Origin: a virus
Lineage: Duplodnaviria > Caudoviricetes
Strand: one strand, 5' to 3'
Virus record (IMG/VR): IMGVR_UViG_3300023178_000006
DNA: 64,000 nucleotides
In this document: piece by piece, positions 55,608 through 64,000 of the stretch
Numbering within the stretch: position 1 is the stretch's first letter
How the letters are laid out: every line of letters begins with the position of its first letter
The notes under the pieces: model-generated
Seen by the model: only the letters and a program-made list of their open reading frames with translations
Database searches by the model: none
Told to the model about the DNA's origin: nothing
Position numbers and translations under genes: made by a program

Positions 55608-55982
55608 TTAAATTCCTTTTAACCTCTCCATAATAAGCTCATCACTTATTATACTGTCAGCGTTGATACTAATATCATCGTATCCTATGACTGGTGGCAT
55701 AAAGTTTAAGTATTCAACAAAAGGTTTTAAATACTCGTGATACTCATGCAACCTCATAAACAACATATTAGTAGCAATTGGTCCAAACACATTGAATATT
55801 ACAATGAGATGGTTTAAAATCAACCTTTCTTTCAGTTCACCTTCTGCTCTGTATCGACTGAATAATTTTCTGAGGTATTGGAACCTCTTCATATCTTCTT
55901 CAAACTCTGACATCTCAGTACACTGAGGATTGTCATAATGCTTCATTGCATATAGCAGAAAGGTTGATTCTGTTAACTTCAT
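55608..55982 (-). CDS. Hypothetical protein
   Basis: FLLYAMKHYDNPQC...LKERLILNH. Confidence 0.8.
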   Translation of the reverse strand: MKLTESTFLLYAMKHYDNPQCTEMSEFEEDMKRFQYLRKLFSRYRAEGELKERLILNHLIVIFNVFGPIATNMLFMRLHEYHEYLKPFVEYLNFMPPVIGYDDISINADSIISDELIMERLKGI

Positions 55983-56012
55983 AATGAAAAAAGGTTTATG
56001 TTGTTGCTAATA

Positions 56013-56330
56013 TTAGCTGTCAGCTACGATTGTGTCTTCAACCGCTGTATTTCCTGTAACACCTAAGTCACCAGCATCAGATTGAGATACCTTCATTACT
56101 ACGATGTTTTCAGCTTTGTGACGCGTATTTCCATTTTGGTCTGTGTATGTGTTATACAAGTTCCAACCTGGAGTCTTAAGACCTTTTGCTCTGTTAGATG
56201 CAACACCTGCCTCTGTCAAGTCAACGAATACTGCGTTGTCTTTGTCGTGAGACTTATTAGTGTTATTTACATCGTCTTCGAGCCACTTAGGTATGCTGCC
56301 AGCAGCGTCTGTTTTTCCCCATAGTGCCAT
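56013..56330 (-). CDS. Probable structural protein
   Basis: MALWGKTD N-terminus; TPGW; RHKAE. Confidence 0.65.
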   Translation of the reverse strand: MALWGKTDAAGSIPKWLEDDVNNTNKSHDKDNAVFVDLTEAGVASNRAKGLKTPGWNLYNTYTDQNGNTRHKAENIVVMKVSQSDAGDLGVTGNTAVEDTIVADS

Positions 56331-56372
56331 TGTTATTCTCCTGTTTAATTTAACGTTAAATTATAACAAAAA

Positions 56373-56639
56373 TTACTTCAATGCTTCTTTTGAAGCTTTA
56401 TAAACTGTATCTACTAATTCAGCTTTTTTCTTTCTTTTATCAAGTTCGATACCGAGGACTCTACCTTCTTCCTCAAGCTGAGCTTTAGTTAATTTATTTA
56501 ATTTAGCTTTAGTAAAAGCGGGTGCCTTTTTAGGTGCAACCTTCTTCACAACTGGTTTCACAACCGGTTTTTCAACTTTCTTGTTTAAACCAAAAAAGTC
56601 TTTTAGCCATTCAATTAGTGCTTTCATAATATCTCCCAT
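56373..56639 (-). CDS. Small basic protein with Rho-N/HeH-like C-terminus
   Basis: LNKLTKAQLEEEGRVLGIELDKRKKKAELV. Confidence 0.65.
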   Translation of the reverse strand: MGDIMKALIEWLKDFFGLNKKVEKPVVKPVVKKVAPKKAPAFTKAKLNKLTKAQLEEEGRVLGIELDKRKKKAELVDTVYKASKEALK

Positions 56640-56670
56640 ATTTTTATTACTAATTAATTATATATTAAGA

Positions 56671-57411
56671 TTATCTTGGTGTCGGTTGACTCAAGATTCT
56701 ATCTTTTTCTGAATCAGAAATCTCTTTAGCTTTATCTCTATATCTTTCACCCTCGCCATAAGACATTCTGTCGTATCGAGCTTGACCACCAGCTAATGCA
56801 ATTGCAATTCTGTGATAATCATGAGAAGAATAGCCGTCTTTGCCTTTTTCTAATCCACCTTTGATGTGTTCATCAACTTTTTTTTTCACTTTAGCTTTTG
56901 CAGCTGATTTAAGATAATTAGCGTTTAAAGAATCGCATCCACCTTCTTTAACTTCTTCGCCGTCATCATCTTTACCTTCTTTATCTTTTGCGATGGCTTT
57001 CTTAATTGCTTTACGCTTCTTGTGTAGGTACTCATCTGAATCATCTACATCACCATCATTGTCGATATCTGCATCTGCTTGACCGACTGGGTCCATTTTC
57101 TTAGCTTCATCCTTTTGGTTTTTATATAATATAATACCTGCTTGAGGATGATAAACATCGTCTTTAACATCGTTAACTGTTTCAGCGTCCTCGTCTGCAC
57201 CTAAGTATTTTTTAGCATAAGAAACGATAGCTTTCTCATCACCTTGTAAAATTACTACGGCGCCAGGATTAGAACTCCCAATCTTTTTCATAGTAAAACC
57301 TTTCTTATCTGCGATTTTACCAGTGAAGTGGCTAACTTTTAAATTAGCTTCAACTAATGGTTTACGGACGGATGCTTCCATAAACATATCAATTTTATCT
57401 TTAAATGACAT
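56671..57411 (-). CDS. Probable head-internal modular protein
   Basis: MSFKDKIDMFME; KMDPVGQADADIDNDGDVDDSDEYL module. Confidence 0.6.
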   Translation of the reverse strand: MSFKDKIDMFMEASVRKPLVEANLKVSHFTGKIADKKGFTMKKIGSSNPGAVVILQGDEKAIVSYAKKYLGADEDAETVNDVKDDVYHPQAGIILYKNQKDEAKKMDPVGQADADIDNDGDVDDSDEYLHKKRKAIKKAIAKDKEGKDDDGEEVKEGGCDSLNANYLKSAAKAKVKKKVDEHIKGGLEKGKDGYSSHDYHRIAIALAGGQARYDRMSYGEGERYRDKAKEISDSEKDRILSQPTPR

Positions 57412-57439
57412 TTCAGTCTCCCTTATAAAATATTTTAAA

Positions 57440-57697
57440 CTATTTATCTTTTGGAGTTATCTTAATTATTAAATTATTAACTCCCTTTATTATTCTGTGG
57501 TACTCGTTTTCCTTAATCGTAAACTTCATACCAGGTTTTAATAACCAAGGTAATGCACCTTCCCATTGAAATTGCCAACCATCTCCTTCGAGAATTTCAA
57601 TTTCACGCGTTTCATTATCTCTATGCCAAACGAACTCTTCGTCTGGTTTATCAACAAAAAACACCCGACGGTCTTGCACGTCAAGGTAAGGATTCAT
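57440..57697 (-). CDS. Cupin-like small protein
   Basis: EFVWHRD...EILEG.GWQFQ...YHRIIKG. Confidence 0.7.
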   Translation of the reverse strand: MNPYLDVQDRRVFFVDKPDEEFVWHRDNETREIEILEGDGWQFQWEGALPWLLKPGMKFTIKENEYHRIIKGVNNLIIKITPKDK

Positions 57698-57708
57698 TCT
57701 TTGTTCCT

Positions 57709-57927
57709 CTATTTAATTAAACCAGCAATTAGCTTAACACCATCAATAATTTTCTGTGCTAAGATTTTGTTTTCTTCTAATTCTAAATCTGCATCTATCT
57801 TAGAAAGGTCAACTAAATCTTCTACTAATTCTTCGTATTCTGACTGATTTAAATCTCCGTCTTCTAAAAGACTTTTGTACTCAAGAACTTTTTGTTCTAT
57901 TTCAACTTGCCATACTTCTAAGCTCAT
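57709..57927 (-). CDS. Small acidic hypothetical protein
   Basis: 72 aa, coupled to the upstream lipoprotein. Confidence 0.7.
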   Translation of the reverse strand: MSLEVWQVEIEQKVLEYKSLLEDGDLNQSEYEELVEDLVDLSKIDADLELEENKILAQKIIDGVKLIAGLIK

Positions 57928-58310
57928 TTCCTATCTCCAAATGTTTCCAATGCTGTAGATGTTATATCATGTATGTTTGTTCTTTTAATCTTACAATATG
58001 CTTCGCTTGGTTCATCACGCTCTACTAACTCAGATGTTAATCCGTGAATACCAGCGTATATATCTACAATATTAGAATTTAATCTGTGTTCTGCATAAGT
58101 ATGCAAGTACATAGCTCTATAATTCATTTGACTTAATGTAGATTTAGTACACCAACTTGATTGAGGCATAATAGAAATCACATTTAATTCTACTAATTTG
58201 CCATATTCAACGTTATCAAATTCGCTAGGTAAATATTTACCTACGTTAGCACAACTACTTAATAATAATGCTAATGTTCCTATTAAAAAATATTTCATAG
58301 TGTTTACCAA
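57924..58310 (-). CDS. Lipoprotein
   Basis: Lipobox LSS-C after a hydrophobic signal. Confidence 0.75.
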   Translation of the reverse strand: MVNTMKYFLIGTLALLLSSCANVGKYLPSEFDNVEYGKLVELNVISIMPQSSWCTKSTLSQMNYRAMYLHTYAEHRLNSNIVDIYAGIHGLTSELVERDEPSEAYCKIKRTNIHDITSTALETFGDRK

Positions 58311-58684
58311 AAATATGAGCCGCCACCTTTAAGTCCTAATGATTTTGCGTATTTAGGCAATCTACATGCCCAATAACCAGGACTTAATTTATCTGTTTTT
58401 GTATCACAATTATGTCGAGCAGCGAATGACCTTGCAGCGTCTCTATCATTAATTTTAGAGGTCAACCCACCTTTCTCGTCACCGAATTGAATCTTCTTAA
58501 CATTACCTGTTTGAGGATTGCGTACATATACAACATACTTTTTATCACCAGAACTTCGCTTCGGTTTGTTTAGTTCTGGTTCTTTTTCTTCCTCAAACTC
58601 AATCATTGGTTGTTCTAAAGGAACTGTAACTCCTTCATACAAACCAAAGTTTGATTCATTTAAAAAATCATGAAATCCTTTCAT
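58304..58684 (-). CDS. Hypothetical protein with capsid-targeting-like N-terminus
   Basis: MKGFHDFLNE; KKYVVYV...FAARHNC...GYWAC. Confidence 0.75.
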   Translation of the reverse strand: MKGFHDFLNESNFGLYEGVTVPLEQPMIEFEEEKEPELNKPKRSSGDKKYVVYVRNPQTGNVKKIQFGDEKGGLTSKINDRDAARSFAARHNCDTKTDKLSPGYWACRLPKYAKSLGLKGGGSYFW

Positions 58685-60432
58685 TAGACTTTAATGCTCG
58701 CTCTCTTCAGAGATGCTAAGACGTTCTTAAATACTTTTTTGTCCATGTGAAGAACATCAGCCATACCTGTAATTGGAGCACCTTCTAAATTTTTTGGAAT
58801 AGAATTACCAGATGCAGTCATTGCTCCACCCTTTGATACTTTTCTATCCATTACGATAGCAACATCATTTCCGCTAACACATACTTTAAACTCAGGTGAT
58901 GCGAATACACACTTAAGATTAGAATCTGTGAGGCTGAAATTTTCTTCTAAATCTACACTTTCATCAACGCCAGCAGCCTTTTTAATCTGACTAATTTCGT
59001 CTCTTAATCTGTCAGCTAAAATTTCATGGTCTTTAATTTTCTGTCTCAGTTTACCAACTTTATCCTTGTCGGCATCACTTAATTTGGCGTTACCATATTT
59101 GTCTGTTAGCTTTTCTTCTAAACTTTCAGGTAGGGAAACTTTCTTAGCGCGTTTTCTCATTTTATCGAGTAAGTTACGTGCCATAGTTTTCATTCTACCT
59201 AATAAAGCTTTTTCTTCAAGTTCTTCCCAACCTTCGATTTGTGCTTCTTCTCTATAATCTTTACGAATATGTTGAATTGCTCTCCACAATTCTTCACGAG
59301 TCATTGTATCACCAGCACCAACATTAGAATATCTTGTCATGCTGAACATCTTTTCCATTTCGTTGTAAATAGCTTCGTTGTCTAATTTACTCTTTGCATA
59401 TTTTCTTAATTCGCGGTTTGCTTCAGCATTGAGCTTTGCATTTTCTCTTTCACTGTCTCCAATAAAAGCAAAGTAATAATCACCGTCATAGACTGGGTAT
59501 GATAGAGATAACCAAGACTTCTTCAACGCACTATTGTTATGATACTTTTTAAATGAATCTTCGTTATCAATAATCCATTGTTGTTCTTGCTTATTAACAC
59601 CTACTGCTCTTGCGTAATCTTCAATGGATTGTGGTTTTGACATTGCTGCTTCATTAATTGTTTCTTCATTTGTACCACAATATTGTGCATATAGTTCGTT
59701 GAATTTAGCTTCACTACAACCATATTTTTCTTTTATCTTTTCATACATTTCATGTTTAGCACAACCTGATGCATGAAGTTTTTGCATTTCTTTAACACAA
59801 GAACCTTCGTTATATTCTTGTAAACCTTTAATCTTTGGTAAACCATACCAATCGTAAGTAGCGAATCGAGCGATACTCTCTGCGGATTCTTTAATCTTTT
59901 CGTTATAAGCATAACCTTTTAAAGGCTCATCTGCTTTAACTCCAGCTGGTTTCTTTTTCTTTTTACCAACAGAAATATCATCAACTTCTACTTCAACTGT
60001 ATCTTTTTCTGACTCTTTTGTATTCTTTTTTAATACATTAGGACTTACTTCGTGAGTTTCATCACCGATACCAATTTTAACATAGTCTTTTCCATTTCCT
60101 AGTACCGTTGCTTTCTTCCCTTTGTATGTAACAGTTGAACGCTCAGGAAATTCAGAGGCAATCCTAGCGATATCTGATTTTAAACTTTCATCGATACATT
60201 GTTGTAATTCTTCTTTTGATTCAAATGGTACTTCTTTATAACCTTGACTCTTAAGGTCAGCAATCTTCTTCTCATTACCTTTACGCTTCATTGAAGCACG
60301 ATGATGTCCACTTGCATCGTCTTTAGCTAACTTAATATACAGGTGTCTATCCTTTTTAGGTGTAGACCATTTCTTGACTAAGTCGTCTCGGCCATAGAAT
60401 GAGCCTTCAGTATGTTGTTTGAAACTTTTCAT
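58684..60432 (-). CDS. Large modular probable head-internal protein
   Basis: Start MKSFKQHTE with GGAG-like site; modules bounded by IDE/INE/LEE. Confidence 0.7.
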   Translation of the reverse strand: MKSFKQHTEGSFYGRDDLVKKWSTPKKDRHLYIKLAKDDASGHHRASMKRKGNEKKIADLKSQGYKEVPFESKEELQQCIDESLKSDIARIASEFPERSTVTYKGKKATVLGNGKDYVKIGIGDETHEVSPNVLKKNTKESEKDTVEVEVDDISVGKKKKKPAGVKADEPLKGYAYNEKIKESAESIARFATYDWYGLPKIKGLQEYNEGSCVKEMQKLHASGCAKHEMYEKIKEKYGCSEAKFNELYAQYCGTNEETINEAAMSKPQSIEDYARAVGVNKQEQQWIIDNEDSFKKYHNNSALKKSWLSLSYPVYDGDYYFAFIGDSERENAKLNAEANRELRKYAKSKLDNEAIYNEMEKMFSMTRYSNVGAGDTMTREELWRAIQHIRKDYREEAQIEGWEELEEKALLGRMKTMARNLLDKMRKRAKKVSLPESLEEKLTDKYGNAKLSDADKDKVGKLRQKIKDHEILADRLRDEISQIKKAAGVDESVDLEENFSLTDSNLKCVFASPEFKVCVSGNDVAIVMDRKVSKGGAMTASGNSIPKNLEGAPITGMADVLHMDKKVFKNVLASLKRASIKV

Positions 60433-60439
60433 TTCCGTT

Positions 60440-61111
60440 CTATCCTCCGAATTCGTGTCCTGCAACACGTTTCATTTGTTTGTTAAATTCTTCTTGTGAA
60501 GGTTTGTCTTTATATAACTTAATTGTGAGGTGAGCTTTTTCTTTGCCCTTAATTCTCCAATTATAACCTTTCTCTTTATGTTCTGGTTTGGTTGTTTTTA
60601 CAACTCGTCTTTTATAACCTGCTTCCCAAGTTTCTGATTTCTTTTCTTCAAGCTCATTCTCTTCATTCTTTAATCGAGCATGACCTTTACGTTTAAAATC
60701 AGTTTCTACTTTTTTCTTAATTAAACTAGCAACCACATTAACATCGTGTAGTTTACCTTTTTGTAAATCGTCATTTAACTTACGACTTATTAATTTAAGT
60801 AAACTCGCAACGATTGCAGAATTTGATGCTGCTAAAGTTGCTTCATCTAAATCCTCACCCATAACCAGTGTCTGTAATTGAGAAATCATAGTGTTCAATA
60901 CTGGCAATGGAAGTGTTTGAAGAACCTGAGCCTGTTTAGACGTTAATCCTTTAATCTTACTTATTGCCTTCTTAATATCTATACGTTTTTCATCAAGGGT
61001 TTCTTCTGGTACACAATTAGGAACCATTTTCTTCCCTTTCTTTTTCATACCGACTTGTTTATAACCGTCCCAACAAGTCTTTTCGTATTGATATTCCAGA
61101 AAGCTTTTCAC
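60440..61111 (-). CDS. Modular probable head-internal protein
   Basis: MKSFLEYQYE; CWDGYKQVGMKKKGKKMVPNCVP module; LDE/LEE junctions. Confidence 0.7.
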   Translation of the reverse strand: MKSFLEYQYEKTCWDGYKQVGMKKKGKKMVPNCVPEETLDEKRIDIKKAISKIKGLTSKQAQVLQTLPLPVLNTMISQLQTLVMGEDLDEATLAASNSAIVASLLKLISRKLNDDLQKGKLHDVNVVASLIKKKVETDFKRKGHARLKNEENELEEKKSETWEAGYKRRVVKTTKPEHKEKGYNWRIKGKEKAHLTIKLYKDKPSQEEFNKQMKRVAGHEFGG

Positions 61112-63376
61112 TTATTTCTTTCCTTTTAAATCTCTTATTTGGTCTCTTATATCTTGGATTTTCATCATTTGCTTCTGTGCCAGTTCTTCTTGCTCATCAG
61201 CACGTCTTTCATTAGCTTCAACACCTGAGTGACCTTTTTTCCTTCCTTCCGAAGCAGCTTTTCTGTATTTACGTTCTGCCTCGTCGTGAACAGCTTGTTG
61301 ATTATAATGAAATTCTAATTTCTTTTTCAATCTTTCAAGTTCTGGTTCTTGTTTTGGTTTTGAGACTACTCTTGGTCCTTGGTTTCCATCGTTACTGTTA
61401 TCTCTATAACCAAAGTGCATACCACGAAGTCCCTCAAAGATTTTTTGTAACTTCATATACTCTCTGTCAATAACAAAATCTCTATCTACAGGAACAGTTC
61501 TCTTACCACCATTATATGTAAATGTAATTTTCTTATCGTCAGTTTCTGGTCTTATGATTTTTCCACCATTGCTTCGTATTTGTTTTTCTACTGTAGAAAC
61601 TGCAACTGCACCTTCCATTATTTCTTCATCGATAGCAAGGTCTTCATCAAATAAACCAGCATCTCTCATTTGTTTTTGAGCATCTCTTTTCGCTCTTGCA
61701 TCCCATTTAGCACTTGCCTTCTGTCTCTTTTCAGCGGCTTTCTTAATCATTAAATAACGTTTTGCTTTTTGGTCTGCAGTCATTGCTTCAGGTAATACGT
61801 CGAAATCGAAGTTTTCAGTAATACCATCATTGATATGTCTTCCTGCTTGGAGATTAGAGATTTGTCTTTGATACTTTTGAATATCTTTCTTTTTCTCTTG
61901 TGCCTTTTGTCTCCATTCATTACCTGTATGAGCACCGAACTTTTCATTACCTTGTGCTGCACTAGCTAATTTCTCGAATTTTCTAGCACGTTCTTGAGCG
62001 CGTTGGATTTTTTCTTTAATCTCTGCGATTTTTTCCATTGCTCTACCTCTATCACCAGAAGCATCTCTACGTCCTTCAGGAGTTTTAGCAAATCTTCTCT
62101 CATAAGATGATAGTGAACCTCTGTAGTATCCATCTTCTTCCATAAGAGCATCTACGATGTCACACTGATGTTCTTCATTCGCTCGTCTTAAAGCATCTGC
62201 AACTCGAGGATGTTTTTGTAAACCTTTTTTCAATCTTGAGATTTTTTGATAAGCTGCACTATAATTACCCTGCTTATATCTTGGGTCATTAGCAATACCT
62301 ATTGCCATTTTAATATCTTTAGATGTAATAGGACTATCGAAATCGTCTCTTTCTTTTTTCTTATCGAGTTTTGCTTGCGCAGTATTGACACCAGAAATTC
62401 TTTTATTTAACCTTGAGGCAGCGTCAGGATTGCCCTTCGTCATGTCGCCGGACGCTTTACCTGCGTCACTTGTTGCCTTCGCCACATATTTTCTTAGTTT
62501 ATCCTGTGAGATTTCATCTAAATTAGACTCTGGTAAAGACATAATAAATTTAGATACCTTTTGCTTAGGTCCTTCTACGGATATATCTAAACCGCCACTT
62601 CTTGATTTTTTACTGTGTGGTTGTAGCCCAGCTTTCTTAGCGAGTTGAACTGCGACTCTTGCTGTGTCTGCGTCCATATCCACTAACTGAAATTTTTCAT
62701 GACCTTCTTCTAATTCTTCACCAATACCAGCACCGCGGTATTTACTATGGAAACTACTACCAGGTTTTGCATAACTTCTTGCGAGTTGAATCTTATCTTT
62801 TTGGTCTTGTTTTGCAGTACTACCTAATCGAATATGTCTTGCGGCTGCTTGCATACAAGATTTTTCAGAACTGTAGATACCTAATTCTTTACCATCAACA
62901 GTACATTTCCATTTTCCACCTTGTGGAACTACTCTTACCTTTTTACCATCAATATTATACTCATTAGGTCTTATAGTTTTAGTTTGACTTGTTGGTTTTA
63001 ATTCTTCTTCTACTGGCTTTTCAGGTTGAGTTCTTTTAAGCCACTTTTGAATGTCTGTAAATTTACCAGAAATGTGGAGCAACCACATCTTATTACCTTT
63101 AACTTTTTCAGATTTTGCATCGAGATTCATTGCCATTGCTTTACGTTCAGCCTTTGCAGCATCTTGTAATGTTTCAAACTTAAATGATACTGTCATTTCT
63201 AATAGATTAATATTAGTATTGTCAGCTGCAATCTCTGATAAACCTTTCTTTTTCTTTAATGGTTGTTCAGCAGTTTTACCTTGACCAGGTGTGTCTGATG
63301 CAAGTTTATCTTTTGCTGAAGTGGTTCCCCAGAAACCTGCTCCATGCTCTTCGAATAAATTTTTAAATTTCTTCAT
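61112..63376 (-). CDS. 754-aa modular probable head-internal protein
   Basis: MKKFKNLFEE; basic modules separated by L/I-x-E linkers. Confidence 0.75.
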   Translation of the reverse strand: MKKFKNLFEEHGAGFWGTTSAKDKLASDTPGQGKTAEQPLKKKKGLSEIAADNTNINLLEMTVSFKFETLQDAAKAERKAMAMNLDAKSEKVKGNKMWLLHISGKFTDIQKWLKRTQPEKPVEEELKPTSQTKTIRPNEYNIDGKKVRVVPQGGKWKCTVDGKELGIYSSEKSCMQAAARHIRLGSTAKQDQKDKIQLARSYAKPGSSFHSKYRGAGIGEELEEGHEKFQLVDMDADTARVAVQLAKKAGLQPHSKKSRSGGLDISVEGPKQKVSKFIMSLPESNLDEISQDKLRKYVAKATSDAGKASGDMTKGNPDAASRLNKRISGVNTAQAKLDKKKERDDFDSPITSKDIKMAIGIANDPRYKQGNYSAAYQKISRLKKGLQKHPRVADALRRANEEHQCDIVDALMEEDGYYRGSLSSYERRFAKTPEGRRDASGDRGRAMEKIAEIKEKIQRAQERARKFEKLASAAQGNEKFGAHTGNEWRQKAQEKKKDIQKYQRQISNLQAGRHINDGITENFDFDVLPEAMTADQKAKRYLMIKKAAEKRQKASAKWDARAKRDAQKQMRDAGLFDEDLAIDEEIMEGAVAVSTVEKQIRSNGGKIIRPETDDKKITFTYNGGKRTVPVDRDFVIDREYMKLQKIFEGLRGMHFGYRDNSNDGNQGPRVVSKPKQEPELERLKKKLEFHYNQQAVHDEAERKYRKAASEGRKKGHSGVEANERRADEQEELAQKQMMKIQDIRDQIRDLKGKK

Positions 63377-64000
63377 TAGTCCTTACCTTTATGTTGTTTC
63401 CACAAATCCGCGTCTGTTGTTTTTTGTGTTTTACCCCCGGTGGCAAAACTATTAACTCTTGCCAATCCCCACTGAGTAGGAGTAGTTCCGGGTCTGTGAC
63501 CGGTTCTCCATGCAGCAACACCTCTATCGAATACTTTTTTAAGGATTCCATAAGGGATTCCAGTTTTTTCAGCCTTTTTCTTAAGAGATTTTTTAGGATT
63601 GCTTTCAAAGATGAAATCAAGTTCTTCCCCTATTTGCTCAAGTTCTTTAATTTTTGCACTACGTTCTGCTGCTATTTCTTCAGCTTTTTTATTAATTTTA
63701 AAACGTTTATCAACAACTACTGAACCATTACGTGCTAATAACATATGAGGTCTTTTCAAACCTGCTCTTTCGTAATTAGTTTCACCAAACATCTTTTTAA
63801 AATTTTTGGTGTGTTGACTTGGTTTTGTTTCTGCTGTAGCATCACCAGGTGCGGGTTGATATGCTTTAGGATTATCATCGTCCATCTTAGCTTGTTTCTT
63901 AAATTGAGCTTTACGTTTGTCAGCTGTTGACTTTGCTAACCCAGTGTGATATGTTGGGCCTTCATTCATGCGTTGTTCTAATGTATATTCTTTATATGAG
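63376..64000 (-). CDS. Probable head-associated protein, 5' truncated by window edge
   Basis: Frame is open to the edge (SYKEYTLEQR precedes the track Met); contains SLKKKAEKTGIPYGILKKVFDRGVAAW...QWGLARVNSF. Confidence 0.7.
   Translation of the reverse strand, partial: SYKEYTLEQRMNEGPTYHTGLAKSTADKRKAQFKKQAKMDDDNPKAYQPAPGDATAETKPSQHTKNFKKMFGETNYERAGLKRPHMLLARNGSVVVDKRFKINKKAEEIAAERSAKIKELEQIGEELDFIFESNPKKSLKKKAEKTGIPYGILKKVFDRGVAAWRTGHRPGTTPTQWGLARVNSFATGGKTQKTTDADLWKQHKGKD

Noticed and set aside
1-64000. CRISPR array, integrase/att site, or stop-codon reassignment
   Set aside because: No regularly spaced repeat-spacer units (the repeats are dispersed promoters); no recombinase motifs recognised; standard-code ORFs tile the window with intact conserved genes

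Overview
64 kb of an AT-rich T4-like myovirus genome, probably aquatic/marine. Its host is a Gram-negative bacterium (spanins, lipoproteins, strong AGGAG ribosome-binding sites), and the bS21 and IscU sequences look gammaproteobacterial. Layout: (1) 1-7 kb, + strand, gp18-gp19-gp20-gp21-gp22-gp23 morphogenesis block with TATAAATA late promoters. (2) 7.3-8.2 kb, - strand, tRNA-Glu plus a ~750-nt GC-rich structured non-coding region (ROOL/GOLLD-like large RNA candidate) with its own sigma70 promoter. (3) 8.2-12.2 kb, small early genes. (4) 12.4-20.8 kb, + strand island after a late promoter: csgF, csgG, two curlin-repeat proteins, a FecR protein, an acyl carrier protein and a CHASE2 adenylate cyclase. 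(5) 20.9-51.5 kb, - strand early/middle genes: a chain of micropeptides, guaC, DUF932-like, HD hydrolase, phoH, rnh, glycan-modifying enzymes, dNMP kinase, bS21, IscU, YbaN, 5-aminolevulinate synthase, Grx-NrdB/NrdA, ThyX, primase. These are driven by 15 near-consensus TTGACA-N17-TATAAT promoter cassettes. (6) 51.5-64 kb, lysis genes interleaved with probable head-internal proteins, many with a T4 capsid-targeting-like N-terminus (MK-x-F...E) and modular bodies separated by L/I-x-E motifs. No CRISPR array, integrase or clear intron/intein was seen. All product calls come from motif recognition by eye; no database searches were run.
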